64,000 nt of DNA. It comes from Faecousia sp. (GTDB taxonomy: Bacteria > Bacillota > Clostridia > Oscillospirales > Oscillospiraceae). A program made the position numbers and the translations under genes. Numbering within the stretch: the first letter of the stretch is position 1; the number at the start of each line of letters is the position of its first letter. The notes below the pieces were generated by a model that was not told where the DNA came from, did no database searches, and worked only from the letters and a program-made list of their open reading frames with translations. Location of the stretch: contig JBJDYN010000160.1 in the NCBI GenBank assembly GCA_051867395.1, positions 30,253 to 94,252 on the forward strand, given 5' to 3'. Shown here in pieces: positions 17,135-25,282 of this stretch.

Positions 17135-18203
17135 ATGATGATCAACAAACGCCTGATCGGTGCGGTCAGGGAATACCGTTCTTCTGCTGTTCGATCTTGC
17201 CATGCTTTTCGCTTCCATCGCGTTGTACCAAAACGGCGAGGTGGGCTTTGACGGCGTGCTGATTCCCACGGTGGCCTTGATGAGTTCCTTCGGCCCTACG
17301 GTGGCTCTGGCCAACCTGGGCAGCACCCTGCAGAACACCTTTGCCGCCGGAAACCGGGTGCTGGACATCCTGGAGGAGACTCCGGCTGTGAAAGAGGTGA
17401 CAGGAAGAACTGACATTACCTTTGCAGGCGCTGCTGCGGAAAGCGTGCGCTTCGCCTACGGGCAGGAAACCATCCTGGACAATGTTTCTGTGGATGTTCC
17501 CGAAAATCAGATCGTTGGCATTGTTGGCCGCAGCGGCAGCGGCAAGTCCACGCTGCTGAAGCTGTTCATGCGCTTCTGGGAGGTGCGGGAGGGCAGGGTC
17601 AGCCTGTCCGGCAGAGCGGTAGGAGACATCAACACTGCCAATCTGCGAGATATGGAGAGTTTTGTCACCCAGCAGCCCCATCTGTTCCACGACAGCATCC
17701 GTAGCAACCTTCGCATCGCAAAGTTGGACGCCACCGACGAGGAGATCATGGCGGCCTGCAAAAAGGCTTCCGTCCACGATTTCATCATGACCCTTCCCCA
17801 GGGCTACGACACTCCAGTGGGGGAGCTGGGAGATGCCCTGTCCGGCGGGGAACGCCAGCGACTGGGCCTGGCCCGGGCATTCCTTCATGACGCCTCCTTT
17901 CTGCTGCTGGTGGCTTTCTGCTTTGGCAAAAGCTCCGAGAAGCTGCACAACTGGTTCATCGGCACCAAGCTCTACAAGGACAATCTGGAAAGCTACGTCC
18001 AGGGCAAGGGCATGACGAAGAAAACCAAGGTCCGCGTCATGGTAACGGTGACGCTTCTTATGAGCGTCGGCTTTGTTATGATGCGTCAGGTGGCTGTGGG
18101 CCGGATTGTCCTGGTCTGCGTGTGGCTATTCCACATTGTCTTCTTCCTCTTTGGCGTCCGGACGCTGAAACCCGAGCAGACGCCGGAAACTGCCTCCGCA
18201 TAA
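17135..18203 (+). pseudogene. Decayed ABC exporter gene fused in frame to the C-terminal part of a DUF454 (YbaN-like) gene
   Basis: The N-terminus MMINKRLIGAVRE (with a GGAGG ribosome-binding site) shifts frame near 17172 into the last TM helix plus NBD. Walker A is GRSGSGKST and the signature is LSGGERQRL. At ...AFLHDASFLLL (~17898-17909) the Walker B aspartate is replaced by VAFCFGKSSEKLHNWF...., a YbaN-like membrane tail. Confidence 0.6.
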
Positions 18204-18209
18204 CCATAG

Positions 18210-18247
18210 AAAACCGCGCGCTGGGAATAGCCTCCCGGCGCGCGGTT
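18210..18247. terminator. Bidirectional terminator between convergent genes
   Basis: AAACCGCGCGC...GCGCGCGGTTT stem, with T runs on both strands. Confidence 0.6.
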
Positions 18248-18259
18248 TCATATGCTTTT

Positions 18260-19447
18260 TTATTCTTCCCGGAAATCTTCCATCAGTGCCTCAAACACAG
18301 GAAGACTCCGCTGGATCATCTCATAGCTGACGCAGTAGCAGATCCGGAAATATCCGGGACAGCCAAAGCCGTCTCCCGGCACCAGCAGCAGGTCCTTTTC
18401 CTTGGCGCATTCGGAGAAGTAATTGGCGTCTCCGCCGGGGGCTTTGATGAACAGGTAGAAGGCGCCGTCGGGCTTGGCCATTTCGTAGCCCATGGCTGTC
18501 AGCCCCTCGTACAGGGCTTTCCGGTTGCGGTCATAGCTCTTAAGGTCCGGCCGCAGGTGGGCACACCGGGCAATGACCTTCTGCCACAGGCTGGGGGCGC
18601 AGACATGACCTGCCGCCCGGGCAGCGCCTGCGATGGCGGCATAGAGGCGTTTGCTTTCGGTGGCGTCGCTGGGGACATAGACATAGCCGATCCGTTCGCC
18701 GGGCAGAGACAGTGACTTGGAGTAGGAGTAGCAGATGATGGTGTCGGAATAGATGTGGGGGATGAAGGGAACCTCCACGCCGTAGGCCAGCTCCCGGTAG
18801 GGTTCGTCCGCAATCAGGTAGATGGTGTGTCCGTACTCCATGATCTTTTCGGTAATGACTCTGCGCAGGGCTATCAGGGTCTCCCGGGTGTAAACCACAC
18901 CGGAGGGATTGTTGGGGGAGTTAATCAGAATAGCCTGGGTGTTGGGGGTAATCATCCGCTTTACGGCATCCAAATCGATCTGGAAGGAAGGTACGTCCGG
19001 AGGAACGACCTGGAAGGTCAGCCCCGCCTCCTCCGCGAAGGGCTTGTATTCCGGAAAATAGGGTGCAATGGCCAGGAGTTCCCCGCCGGGAACTGCCAGG
19101 GCCCGGAACACCGCCACCAGCTCCGGCGCAGCGCCGCAGCCGATGAAGAAATCCTCCGGAGCAGTCTGGGCACCGTACCGGGCATTCAGATCGTCGGAAA
19201 TGGCCTTCCGGGTGGCATAGTCACCCACCGCGGAGGTGTAGCCATGGACCAGCAGGGAGTCGGTATCCTGGAGAATTGCATGGACGGTCTCATTTACTTC
19301 CGGGGGCGAGGGAATGGAGGGGTTGCCAAGGGAATAGTCGAAGACGTTTTCCTCTCCCACCACAGCGGCCCGCTGACGGCCGTATTCGAACAGGTCCCGG
19401 ATGCAGGAGCGGTTGGCACCCAAAGCGTAGGCGGATTCATTTAACAT
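18260..19447 (-). CDS. PLP-dependent aminotransferase, class I/II
   Basis: The ORF is trimmed to MLNESAYALGANRS. The PLP-lysine motif is SYSKSLSLPGERIGY. Confidence 0.85.
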   Translation of the reverse strand: MLNESAYALGANRSCIRDLFEYGRQRAAVVGEENVFDYSLGNPSIPSPPEVNETVHAILQDTDSLLVHGYTSAVGDYATRKAISDDLNARYGAQTAPEDFFIGCGAAPELVAVFRALAVPGGELLAIAPYFPEYKPFAEEAGLTFQVVPPDVPSFQIDLDAVKRMITPNTQAILINSPNNPSGVVYTRETLIALRRVITEKIMEYGHTIYLIADEPYRELAYGVEVPFIPHIYSDTIICYSYSKSLSLPGERIGYVYVPSDATESKRLYAAIAGAARAAGHVCAPSLWQKVIARCAHLRPDLKSYDRNRKALYEGLTAMGYEMAKPDGAFYLFIKAPGGDANYFSECAKEKDLLLVPGDGFGCPGYFRICYCVSYEMIQRSLPVFEALMEDFREE

Positions 19448-19472
19448 AAAAGTACCTCCCATATGTATCGAT

Positions 19473-20162
19473 TTATGCTTCGTACAGGGGACGTTTGGGG
19501 TTATAGGGCTGGGGCTTGTAGGTCACGGAGCTGATGGCTTTTCCCTCAATACCATATTTGGGATTGTAGCCAAATAGGTTGACATAACAGTCTAAATCGT
19601 CCCTTTCCTTCTCCATTTCCTCCATGACGGCCACCGTGGCAATAACATCGTCCACCGCCCGGTGGGAGTTGACTACCTTGCCGGAGAGGTCGTACTGCTC
19701 AATGGCATTGCACAGCCTGTGGGGATAGCTGTGGCGGTCCCGATAGACGGTCAGCAGGTCCAGCTTGTCCTTCCCTTTCAGGATGGCGGGGTCTCCGTCC
19801 CGGAGCAGCATGTAGAACAGAAAGCTCAGGTCAAAATGGGCGTTGTAGGCCAGCAGCAGCGTGTTGCCCTGGATCAGCTCGGCGATATCCCGGCAGACCC
19901 GGGTTTTGGGCAGGCCCCGCTCCCGCAGATCCTGGGTGGAGATGCCGGTGAGCTGCTCGATCTTCGGCGGGACGAAACCGCCGGGGGACAGTGCCACCAA
20001 CTCGTCATATTCCCGGACAATCTGAGGCGCACCGCCTGCCAGCTCCACAGCCACGGCGGCAAATTCAATGATCTCGTCCCGGCTGTAGGACAGGCCCGTG
20101 GTCTCTGTGTCAAAAAGGACCATGCGGTCATATTTGGAAAACAGCTTTTCAAGGTTCGGCAT
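19473..20162 (-). CDS. DEDDh 3'-5' exonuclease (DnaQ/epsilon-like)
   Basis: 229 aa. Exo I is VLFDTETTGL, Exo II is AYNAHFDLSFL and Exo III is HRAVDDV. Confidence 0.8.
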   Translation of the reverse strand: MPNLEKLFSKYDRMVLFDTETTGLSYSRDEIIEFAAVAVELAGGAPQIVREYDELVALSPGGFVPPKIEQLTGISTQDLRERGLPKTRVCRDIAELIQGNTLLLAYNAHFDLSFLFYMLLRDGDPAILKGKDKLDLLTVYRDRHSYPHRLCNAIEQYDLSGKVVNSHRAVDDVIATVAVMEEMEKERDDLDCYVNLFGYNPKYGIEGKAISSVTYKPQPYNPKRPLYEA

Positions 20163-20206
20163 TCTGTCTCTCTCCTGATTTTGAAATGTATTGATTCGGA
20201 GGTTCC

Positions 20207-20782
20207 TTAGGACTGGGCCAGCGCCATGGCACGCTGAACCTTACTCAGAGGTTCGACGGCCAGGCCGAATTCCCGGGCAAGTCCCTCCGCGAAGGCCACG
20301 CAGGCAATCTCACTACCGCCCTTCAGTTCCACTTCCACTTCGGCAAAAGGCAGCTCTTTCCCGCCGCCCAGCAGGCATCCCCGGTCAAGAGCCAGTTCAA
20401 CGGTACAGCCGGTAATTTTCAGCGGGGCAGCCAATCGGGTGAACCGGGCTGCGCAGACCTCTGTAACTCCGGATGCGGTCAAGGCAAGCAGCTCCTTAGG
20501 AGCACCAAGGTTACATAACTCCGGAACCGCGTCAGTGATGGAGGGGCATTCCAGCTCCCATTCGCCCCGGCTGCCGTCGGGCTTCGGGGTTTTCACGGTG
20601 CAGACAGAACGTCCGTTTTCCAGCCGCCGCCGAAGCGTCCAACGGCGCTGACAGAGCGTTCTTTCCGGGGTGTCATAATAGGCGGTCACCATGGTGAAAG
20701 AAGTGAAACCGCTGAATTTTTGTCGGATGGTGTCTAATTTTTCCGGATCTGCCCGATATTTCAGTTCAAATTCTCTGCCCAT
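20207..20782 (-). CDS. CYTH-domain (triphosphate tunnel metalloenzyme) protein
   Basis: 191 aa. It has an N-terminal EFELKY (ExExK) motif and a beta-barrel-like alternating pattern. Confidence 0.75.
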   Translation of the reverse strand: MGREFELKYRADPEKLDTIRQKFSGFTSFTMVTAYYDTPERTLCQRRWTLRRRLENGRSVCTVKTPKPDGSRGEWELECPSITDAVPELCNLGAPKELLALTASGVTEVCAARFTRLAAPLKITGCTVELALDRGCLLGGGKELPFAEVEVELKGGSEIACVAFAEGLAREFGLAVEPLSKVQRAMALAQS

Positions 20783-20929
20783 GGGTGCGCCTCCTACGCA
20801 ATAATAGCTATATTATACAACGGCGGCGGCGCTGATGCAAGAAACTTTCTGCCCATTCTGATTACGACGGAATATTTTTCTCCGGCGTGATAGGATTTCT
20901 CTATCTCAAGGAAAGGCAGTGGTATACGA

Positions 20930-22837
20930 ATGATGGTGTCCATGGAAGCGTATTTCCGCCGGGGGCGGCGGAGCCTGCAGCGTATGATGCTGGACCCCAG
21001 GGTCCGGTCCGTGGGGATGGTTCTGGCCTGCGCAGGCAGCGGATTCCTGCTCAGCGCGGCCAGCCTGATGAATGCGCCCCAACCTCTGACCATGGGGCTG
21101 ATTTGCTCGGCAACCGGCTGGAGGGCGCTGGTGATCTGCCTGGGGGCCATGGCGGGATACCCCACCTTCTGGGGATCGGCGGGAAACCAGGGGATTGTCT
21201 GGTCCGCTGCGGGAGGCTTGCTGGCACTGCTGCTGGGCAAACGGGAGGAGGCCAAGGATCAGCCGCTGATGATCCCTGCCATTGCCGCTTTTCTCACAGC
21301 GGTGACGGGGCTGACCTTCCGGATGATCCTGAAGGAGGAAACGCCGGTGGAAATCTTCGTGCTGCGGATGGCAATGGCCTTGCTGGCCTGCATGCTGTTC
21401 ACCCAGGCGGGTGGATGCCGGGACACGATTACTGACTGGCTGGTGGGAGGCGTGGCGGTGCTGGCCCTGGCCCGGGTGTCAGTGGGGCCTTATCTGGGGC
21501 TGGGGTACATTGCTGCGGGGGCCTTGGCGGTCAACGGGGCTTTCCCGGCAGCGGCACTGGCAGGGCTGGGATTGGACCTGGCCCAGATCACCAAGGTCCC
21601 CATGACGGCGGTGATGTGTATGGCCTACTTCGTGCGGATGATCCCCTTCGACAAGAGATGGCAGCGCTATGCCTCGCCGGGGGCGGTCTGCATTGTGGTC
21701 ATGCTGGTGTGCAGTCTATGGGATGTGACACCTCTGCCGGGCCTGTTTTTGGGCGGTGCTCTGGGGGCGCTGCTGCCTGCCAGACCAGAGATTGTCCACC
21801 GGCGGGGAGAGACAGGGCTGGCCCAGGTTCGGCTGGAACTTGGGGCGGAGGTGATGAACACCGTCCAGCGGATACTCCTGGAGATCGAGCCGCCGCCCAT
21901 TGACCAGGAAACGCTGCTGGAGAAGGTAAAGCAGCGCGCCTGCGCCAACTGCTCTGCCCGAAAGAACTGCGCAGAGCAGTCCCGGCTGACGGCGGACATG
22001 CTGCTGCATCCCTTGGACGCGGACTGCCGCAAGTCCGGACGGCTGATCCCGGAGCTGCGGCGGGCCCAGGAGCAGCTGCGGAATCTGAAAGCGGACCGGG
22101 AGCGCCAGCGGGAATACCGGGCAGCGCTGGTGCAGCAGTACCGGTTTCTGGGGGACTACCTGCGGGGGCTGTCGGACAAGCTGGCACGCCGGGGGGAACA
22201 GCCAGAGATTGCCTTTCGCATCGAGGTCTCCGCCCGGTCCCGGGGGAAGGAACGGGCCAACGGGGACAAATGCCTGGCCTTCGCCGGACCGGGCTGCCGA
22301 TACTGTGTGCTTCTGTGCGACGGCATGGGCACCGGCCTGGGGGCGGCCCAAGAGGGGTACACAGCGGGAACGCTGCTGCGGAAAATGCTGACGGCGGGAT
22401 TCCCGGCAGAGTATTCCCTCAGGTCTTTGAACAGTCTCTTAGCCCTTCGGGGCAGCGCCGGGGCGGTGACCATAGATTTGGCTGTGATCTCCCTGGAAGC
22501 GGGGACGGCAGCGATCTACAAATGGGGGGCTGCCCCATCCTGGGTTCTGACCCGGCGGGGGGCAGAAAAAATCGGGACAGCTACGCCACCGCCGGGGATC
22601 TCAATCACGCAGACCCGGGAAACGGTGGAGAAGCTGTCCCTACGTCGGGGGGAGGCGCTGATTTTACTCAGCGATGGCGTGGACGGAGAGGAAGCCCTGC
22701 GCCAATCTGATCTGACTCCGGATGCACCGCCTGGGGAGTTGGCGGCGAAAATTCTGGAGGGGGGCTGTGGGAGCGGAGAAGATGATGCTACGGCAGCGGT
22801 CATTCGCCTCCGCCCCACCAGCTTGGGGACATCATAA
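20930..22837 (+). CDS. spoIIE: Stage II sporulation protein E (membrane PP2C phosphatase)
   Basis: 635 aa. It has a ~300-aa polytopic N-terminus and a C-terminal PP2C domain (VLLCDGMGTGLGAA, LILLSDGV). The exact start is uncertain. Confidence 0.8.
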   Translation: MMVSMEAYFRRGRRSLQRMMLDPRVRSVGMVLACAGSGFLLSAASLMNAPQPLTMGLICSATGWRALVICLGAMAGYPTFWGSAGNQGIVWSAAGGLLALLLGKREEAKDQPLMIPAIAAFLTAVTGLTFRMILKEETPVEIFVLRMAMALLACMLFTQAGGCRDTITDWLVGGVAVLALARVSVGPYLGLGYIAAGALAVNGAFPAAALAGLGLDLAQITKVPMTAVMCMAYFVRMIPFDKRWQRYASPGAVCIVVMLVCSLWDVTPLPGLFLGGALGALLPARPEIVHRRGETGLAQVRLELGAEVMNTVQRILLEIEPPPIDQETLLEKVKQRACANCSARKNCAEQSRLTADMLLHPLDADCRKSGRLIPELRRAQEQLRNLKADRERQREYRAALVQQYRFLGDYLRGLSDKLARRGEQPEIAFRIEVSARSRGKERANGDKCLAFAGPGCRYCVLLCDGMGTGLGAAQEGYTAGTLLRKMLTAGFPAEYSLRSLNSLLALRGSAGAVTIDLAVISLEAGTAAIYKWGAAPSWVLTRRGAEKIGTATPPPGISITQTRETVEKLSLRRGEALILLSDGVDGEEALRQSDLTPDAPPGELAAKILEGGCGSGEDDATAAVIRLRPTSLGTS

Positions 22838-22958
22838 CATAGGGAAGGTGAAAAATCTGTCGAAACACAAGATGTGGGATGAAAAATGGAAGAAAAATCA
22901 CAAGATGTAGGTGACGGTGTAAAAGAAAAGGGGAATTTCGGATAAAATGCGGGAGGCA

Positions 22959-23210
22959 TTACCGTGTCATGGCGTTGTAAAAGCGCACATTTTTAATGAT
23001 CAGGTCGGATTTCCACCAATTTTTGCTGATATGCCATTGCTCCGGATAGTCTGACCATTCCCATGTGATCTTCCAGGAACCGTCAGTCTCCTGGGTTCTG
23101 GAAATGAAGTTGCATTCCGGGCCACAAACCGCTTCGTTTCCCGGGTTCCGGGTGTATTGCTTTTTCCTGACAGTTCTGATATAGTGTGCTTTATTAGGAA
23201 TAAGCTGAAT
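22959..23210 (-). pseudogene. Start-less C-terminal fragment of an unknown gene
   Basis: An 83-codon open frame with no ATG/GTG/TTG start, so it is absent from the ORF track. It reads ...CGPECNFISRTQETDGSWKITWEWSDYPEQWHISKNWWKSDLIIKNVRFYNAMTR*. The upstream part would lie where the divergent 23228 gene now sits. Confidence 0.3.
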
Positions 23211-23227
23211 TTACCAGGGGGATTCAT

Positions 23228-23770
23228 GTGAATTGGGTGAACGAAGTACGACGGCGGCAAAAAAGGAAAAACCAGATACTCTTTGGGAAGGATTCGGAGT
23301 GCTTGCAGGACTTAATTGCATTGCTCCATGGTCAGGACCATAGGACCATAGCGTTGTGGGCTTTTGAATTTGCCGATGAATCCATTGCACTGCTGGAGAA
23401 AAAATATCCGGACGAAAATCGGCCAAGAGAAGCATTGGAAGCGGCTTGGGATTGGGCAGGCGGAAAAATAAAAATGCACCTTGCGCAGCGAAAAATATTG
23501 GATTGCCATGCCTTTGCAAAGGAAATCGACAACAAGGAGGATATCGCAATCTGCCATGCGATCGGGCAAGCGTGTGCGGTTGTTCATACAACGGGACATG
23601 CAATCGGGTATCCGATCTATGACCTTAGCGCAATTGTTTACAGACTTGGAACAGACCATTGCTTGGAAGCGGTTGAGCAGCGCAGACAACAGTACATTGA
23701 CAGGCTGTTTTATTGGAATGAGCATGTTAATGACGTAACATACGCGTGGGCAAAGTTTATGCTGGATTGA
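23228..23770 (+). CDS. Hypothetical all-alpha protein, possibly of an Imm5-like putative immunity family
   Basis: 180 aa with a GTG start. Its GC content is clearly lower than the surroundings. The motifs ALWAFEFADE..., PREALEAAWDWAGG and HAIGQACAVVHTTGHAIGY recall Imm5-like proteins, from memory and unverified. Confidence 0.45.
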   Translation: MNWVNEVRRRQKRKNQILFGKDSECLQDLIALLHGQDHRTIALWAFEFADESIALLEKKYPDENRPREALEAAWDWAGGKIKMHLAQRKILDCHAFAKEIDNKEDIAICHAIGQACAVVHTTGHAIGYPIYDLSAIVYRLGTDHCLEAVEQRRQQYIDRLFYWNEHVNDVTYAWAKFMLD

Positions 23771-23819
23771 GTACAAACGATGGCGTTTGCACGTCGAATA
23801 GGCCTGTTGCGATGGTAAT

Positions 23820-23860
23820 GGTTTTCTGCCCACAGTCCTGCGGACTGTGGGCAGAAAACC
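23820..23860. terminator. Perfect 19-bp hairpin
   Basis: GGTTTTCTGCCCACAGTCC-tgc-GGACTGTGGGCAGAAAACC, downstream of the 23228 gene. There is no strong T tract. Confidence 0.4.
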
Positions 23861-23932
23861 AAGGACTCTCCCACGGACTAAAAAAAGTGCCCACCGGACA
23901 CTTTTTTACCTCGGCTTCGCCTCGGCTGCCCT

Positions 23933-24015
23933 TTCGAGTCCCATTATCCACCCCATAAAAAATACCTGAGGCAAAGCCTCAGGTATTTTTTATGGGGTGG
24001 ATAATGGGACTCGAA
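23933..24015. repeat. 40-bp perfect inverted repeat (3-nt loop) covering the terminator and the last 23 nt of tRNA-His
   Basis: Base-by-base pairing of 23933-23972 with 24015-23976 shows no mismatch. The pairing breaks at 23932/24016. Confidence 0.9.
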
Positions 24016-24070
24016 CCCACGATCTTCAGAGCCACAATCTGACGCCTTAGCCAACTAGGCCATATCCACC
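23993..24070 (-). tRNA. tRNA-His (GTG), CCA encoded
   Basis: Cloverleaf read by hand. It has G-1, anticodon stem TCAGA/TCTGA, loop TTGTGGC, T-loop GGTTCGAGTCC and 3' end ACCCCA. Confidence 0.9.
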
Positions 24071-24093
24071 ATATATCTTCACTTGTAGCTGAA

Positions 24094-24170
24094 TGGCACG
24101 CCAGGAGGGACTCGAACCCCCGACCTACTGCTTAGAAGGCAGTTGCTCTATCCAGCTGAGCTACTGGCGC
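24094..24170 (-). tRNA. tRNA-Arg (TCT), CCA encoded
   Basis: GCGCCAGTAGCTCAGCTGGATAGAGC... Anticodon stem ACTGC/GCAGT with loop CTTCTAA. Confidence 0.9.
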
Positions 24171-24177
24171 ATTTCTA

Positions 24178-24251
24178 TGGAGCGGGTGACGGGAATCGGA
24201 CCCGCGTATCCAGCTTGGAAGGCTGGTGTTCTACCATTGAACTACACCCGC
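24178..24251 (-). tRNA. tRNA-Gly (TCC), CCA encoded
   Basis: GCGGGTGTAGTTCAATGGTAGAAC... Anticodon stem CCAGC/GCTGG with loop CTTCCAA. Confidence 0.9.
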
Positions 24252-24283
24252 GAATTCGTTTCACTAGCTGATTCAGCCATAGA

Positions 24284-24312
24284 ATTTTAACATGAATATG
24301 CAAATCTGTCAA
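24284..24312 (-). promoter_or_regulatory. Promoter of the tRNA operon
   Basis: On the reverse strand: TTGACA, 17-nt spacer, TAAAAT. The -35 element overlaps the stop codon of the upstream HAD gene. Confidence 0.55.
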
Positions 24313-25172
24313 GCGCCTTTTTTCAAGATTTCCGGAATTTTTTTGTAGATTACATCTGCCACAGCACCATCGGCACACTTACACACGTTTTCGAACCGGT
24401 CAGCCACGATGCCGTCGGCGGGGCAGTAGGCGTAATCTGTGTCCAGAAGCATAGGAAGGTCATTTTCCGCATCGCCCACGCAGACCAGGATCTTTCTGCC
24501 CAGCCGATGCTGTAGCTCCCGGGCAGAGCGGCCTTTGGAGACGCCTTTGGCGTGAACATCAATGATCCTGGTAGCAGCCCGGAAGACTTCACAGTAATTT
24601 CCAAAATGCTGTTTTAGCTGCTGCTCTGCTTCGTCCATCCGGCGGCGTTCCTCTGGGGAGCCGTCGAACAGAGAGGCCACGGTGACGTCCCGGATTTCTC
24701 CGTAAAGGGAAAATTTCAAAAAGGGCCCCAGATCATCTCCCGGTTTGGCAAAGCCACGAGCGCAGTGGTTATTGTCACTGAAGGCATCCCAGGCCGGATT
24801 TTCCGTAAAGCGGTAGTGGGCATCCACACCCTGAACCTCCACCGTCAGGTCGGGGAACAGCGCCATGCAGTTGTGCACCGTCTCCCACATGTCCAGCTGG
24901 ATTTCGTGGCAGAATTCCAGCTGCCCCCGACCCAGATCATAAGCTGCGGAGCCGTTGTACAGCAGCAGGGGCGCGTTCACCGGCACCTTGTCCCGGAAGA
25001 CCTTGGTCATGGGCACACTGCGCCCGGTATTGACGGTAAACGCGCCGCCGTTGTCCATAAAATACCGGATGGCTTCCAGATTCCGTTCAGGAATGGAGGA
25101 ATCTGGAGCTGTCAGAGTCCGGTCATAATCCACGGTGAGAAGAACATCCGAAAAAAGTGCCATAAATTTCAT
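24309..25172 (-). CDS. Cof-type HAD-IIB hydrolase
   Basis: 287 aa. Motif I is TVDYDRTLT and motif IV is GDAENDLPML. An alternative start is at 25163. Confidence 0.85.
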   Translation of the reverse strand: MKFMALFSDVLLTVDYDRTLTAPDSSIPERNLEAIRYFMDNGGAFTVNTGRSVPMTKVFRDKVPVNAPLLLYNGSAAYDLGRGQLEFCHEIQLDMWETVHNCMALFPDLTVEVQGVDAHYRFTENPAWDAFSDNNHCARGFAKPGDDLGPFLKFSLYGEIRDVTVASLFDGSPEERRRMDEAEQQLKQHFGNYCEVFRAATRIIDVHAKGVSKGRSARELQHRLGRKILVCVGDAENDLPMLLDTDYAYCPADGIVADRFENVCKCADGAVADVIYKKIPEILKKGA

Positions 25173-25180
25173 CCTTTGTT

Positions 25181-25282
25181 AATGCTGAATGCAGAACGCA
25201 AAATGATGAATGAAGGTATCCCCCTTGGGGATGAATTAAAACAAATCCCGAAGGGATACCGTAATTCAGCATTTATCATTCG
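25181..25282. repeat. Heptamer-armed hairpin element E (dialect AATGCTG)
   Basis: Left array AATGCTG AATGCAG AACGCAA AATGATG AATGAAG. Right array ..AATTCAGCATTTATCATTCG. The core has ATCCCCCTTGGGGAT and ATCCCGAAGGGAT hairpins. The right arm overlaps the rluD stop. Confidence 0.7.

Noticed and set aside
22864-22911. Direct repeat AACACAAGATGTGGG / ATCACAAGATGTAGG (33-nt spacing), plus a TGTCGAA Spo0A-box-like heptamer at 22858-22864 downstream of spoIIE.
   Set aside because: There are only two short imperfect copies, lying between convergent gene ends. A 7-mer box is expected several times by chance in 64 kb. There is no associated promoter.
22838-24015. Prophage or integrative element at the tRNA-His locus.
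   Set aside because: No integrase, excisionase, phage structural or conjugation genes are present, and no direct att repeat was found. Only a ~1.1-kb islet remains, so at most it is a degraded remnant. It is reported as such under findings.
24093-24378. ORFs 24093-24290 (+) and 24175-24378 (-).
   Set aside because: They lie entirely over the tRNA-Arg and tRNA-Gly genes and the tRNA promoter. The open frames are accidental.
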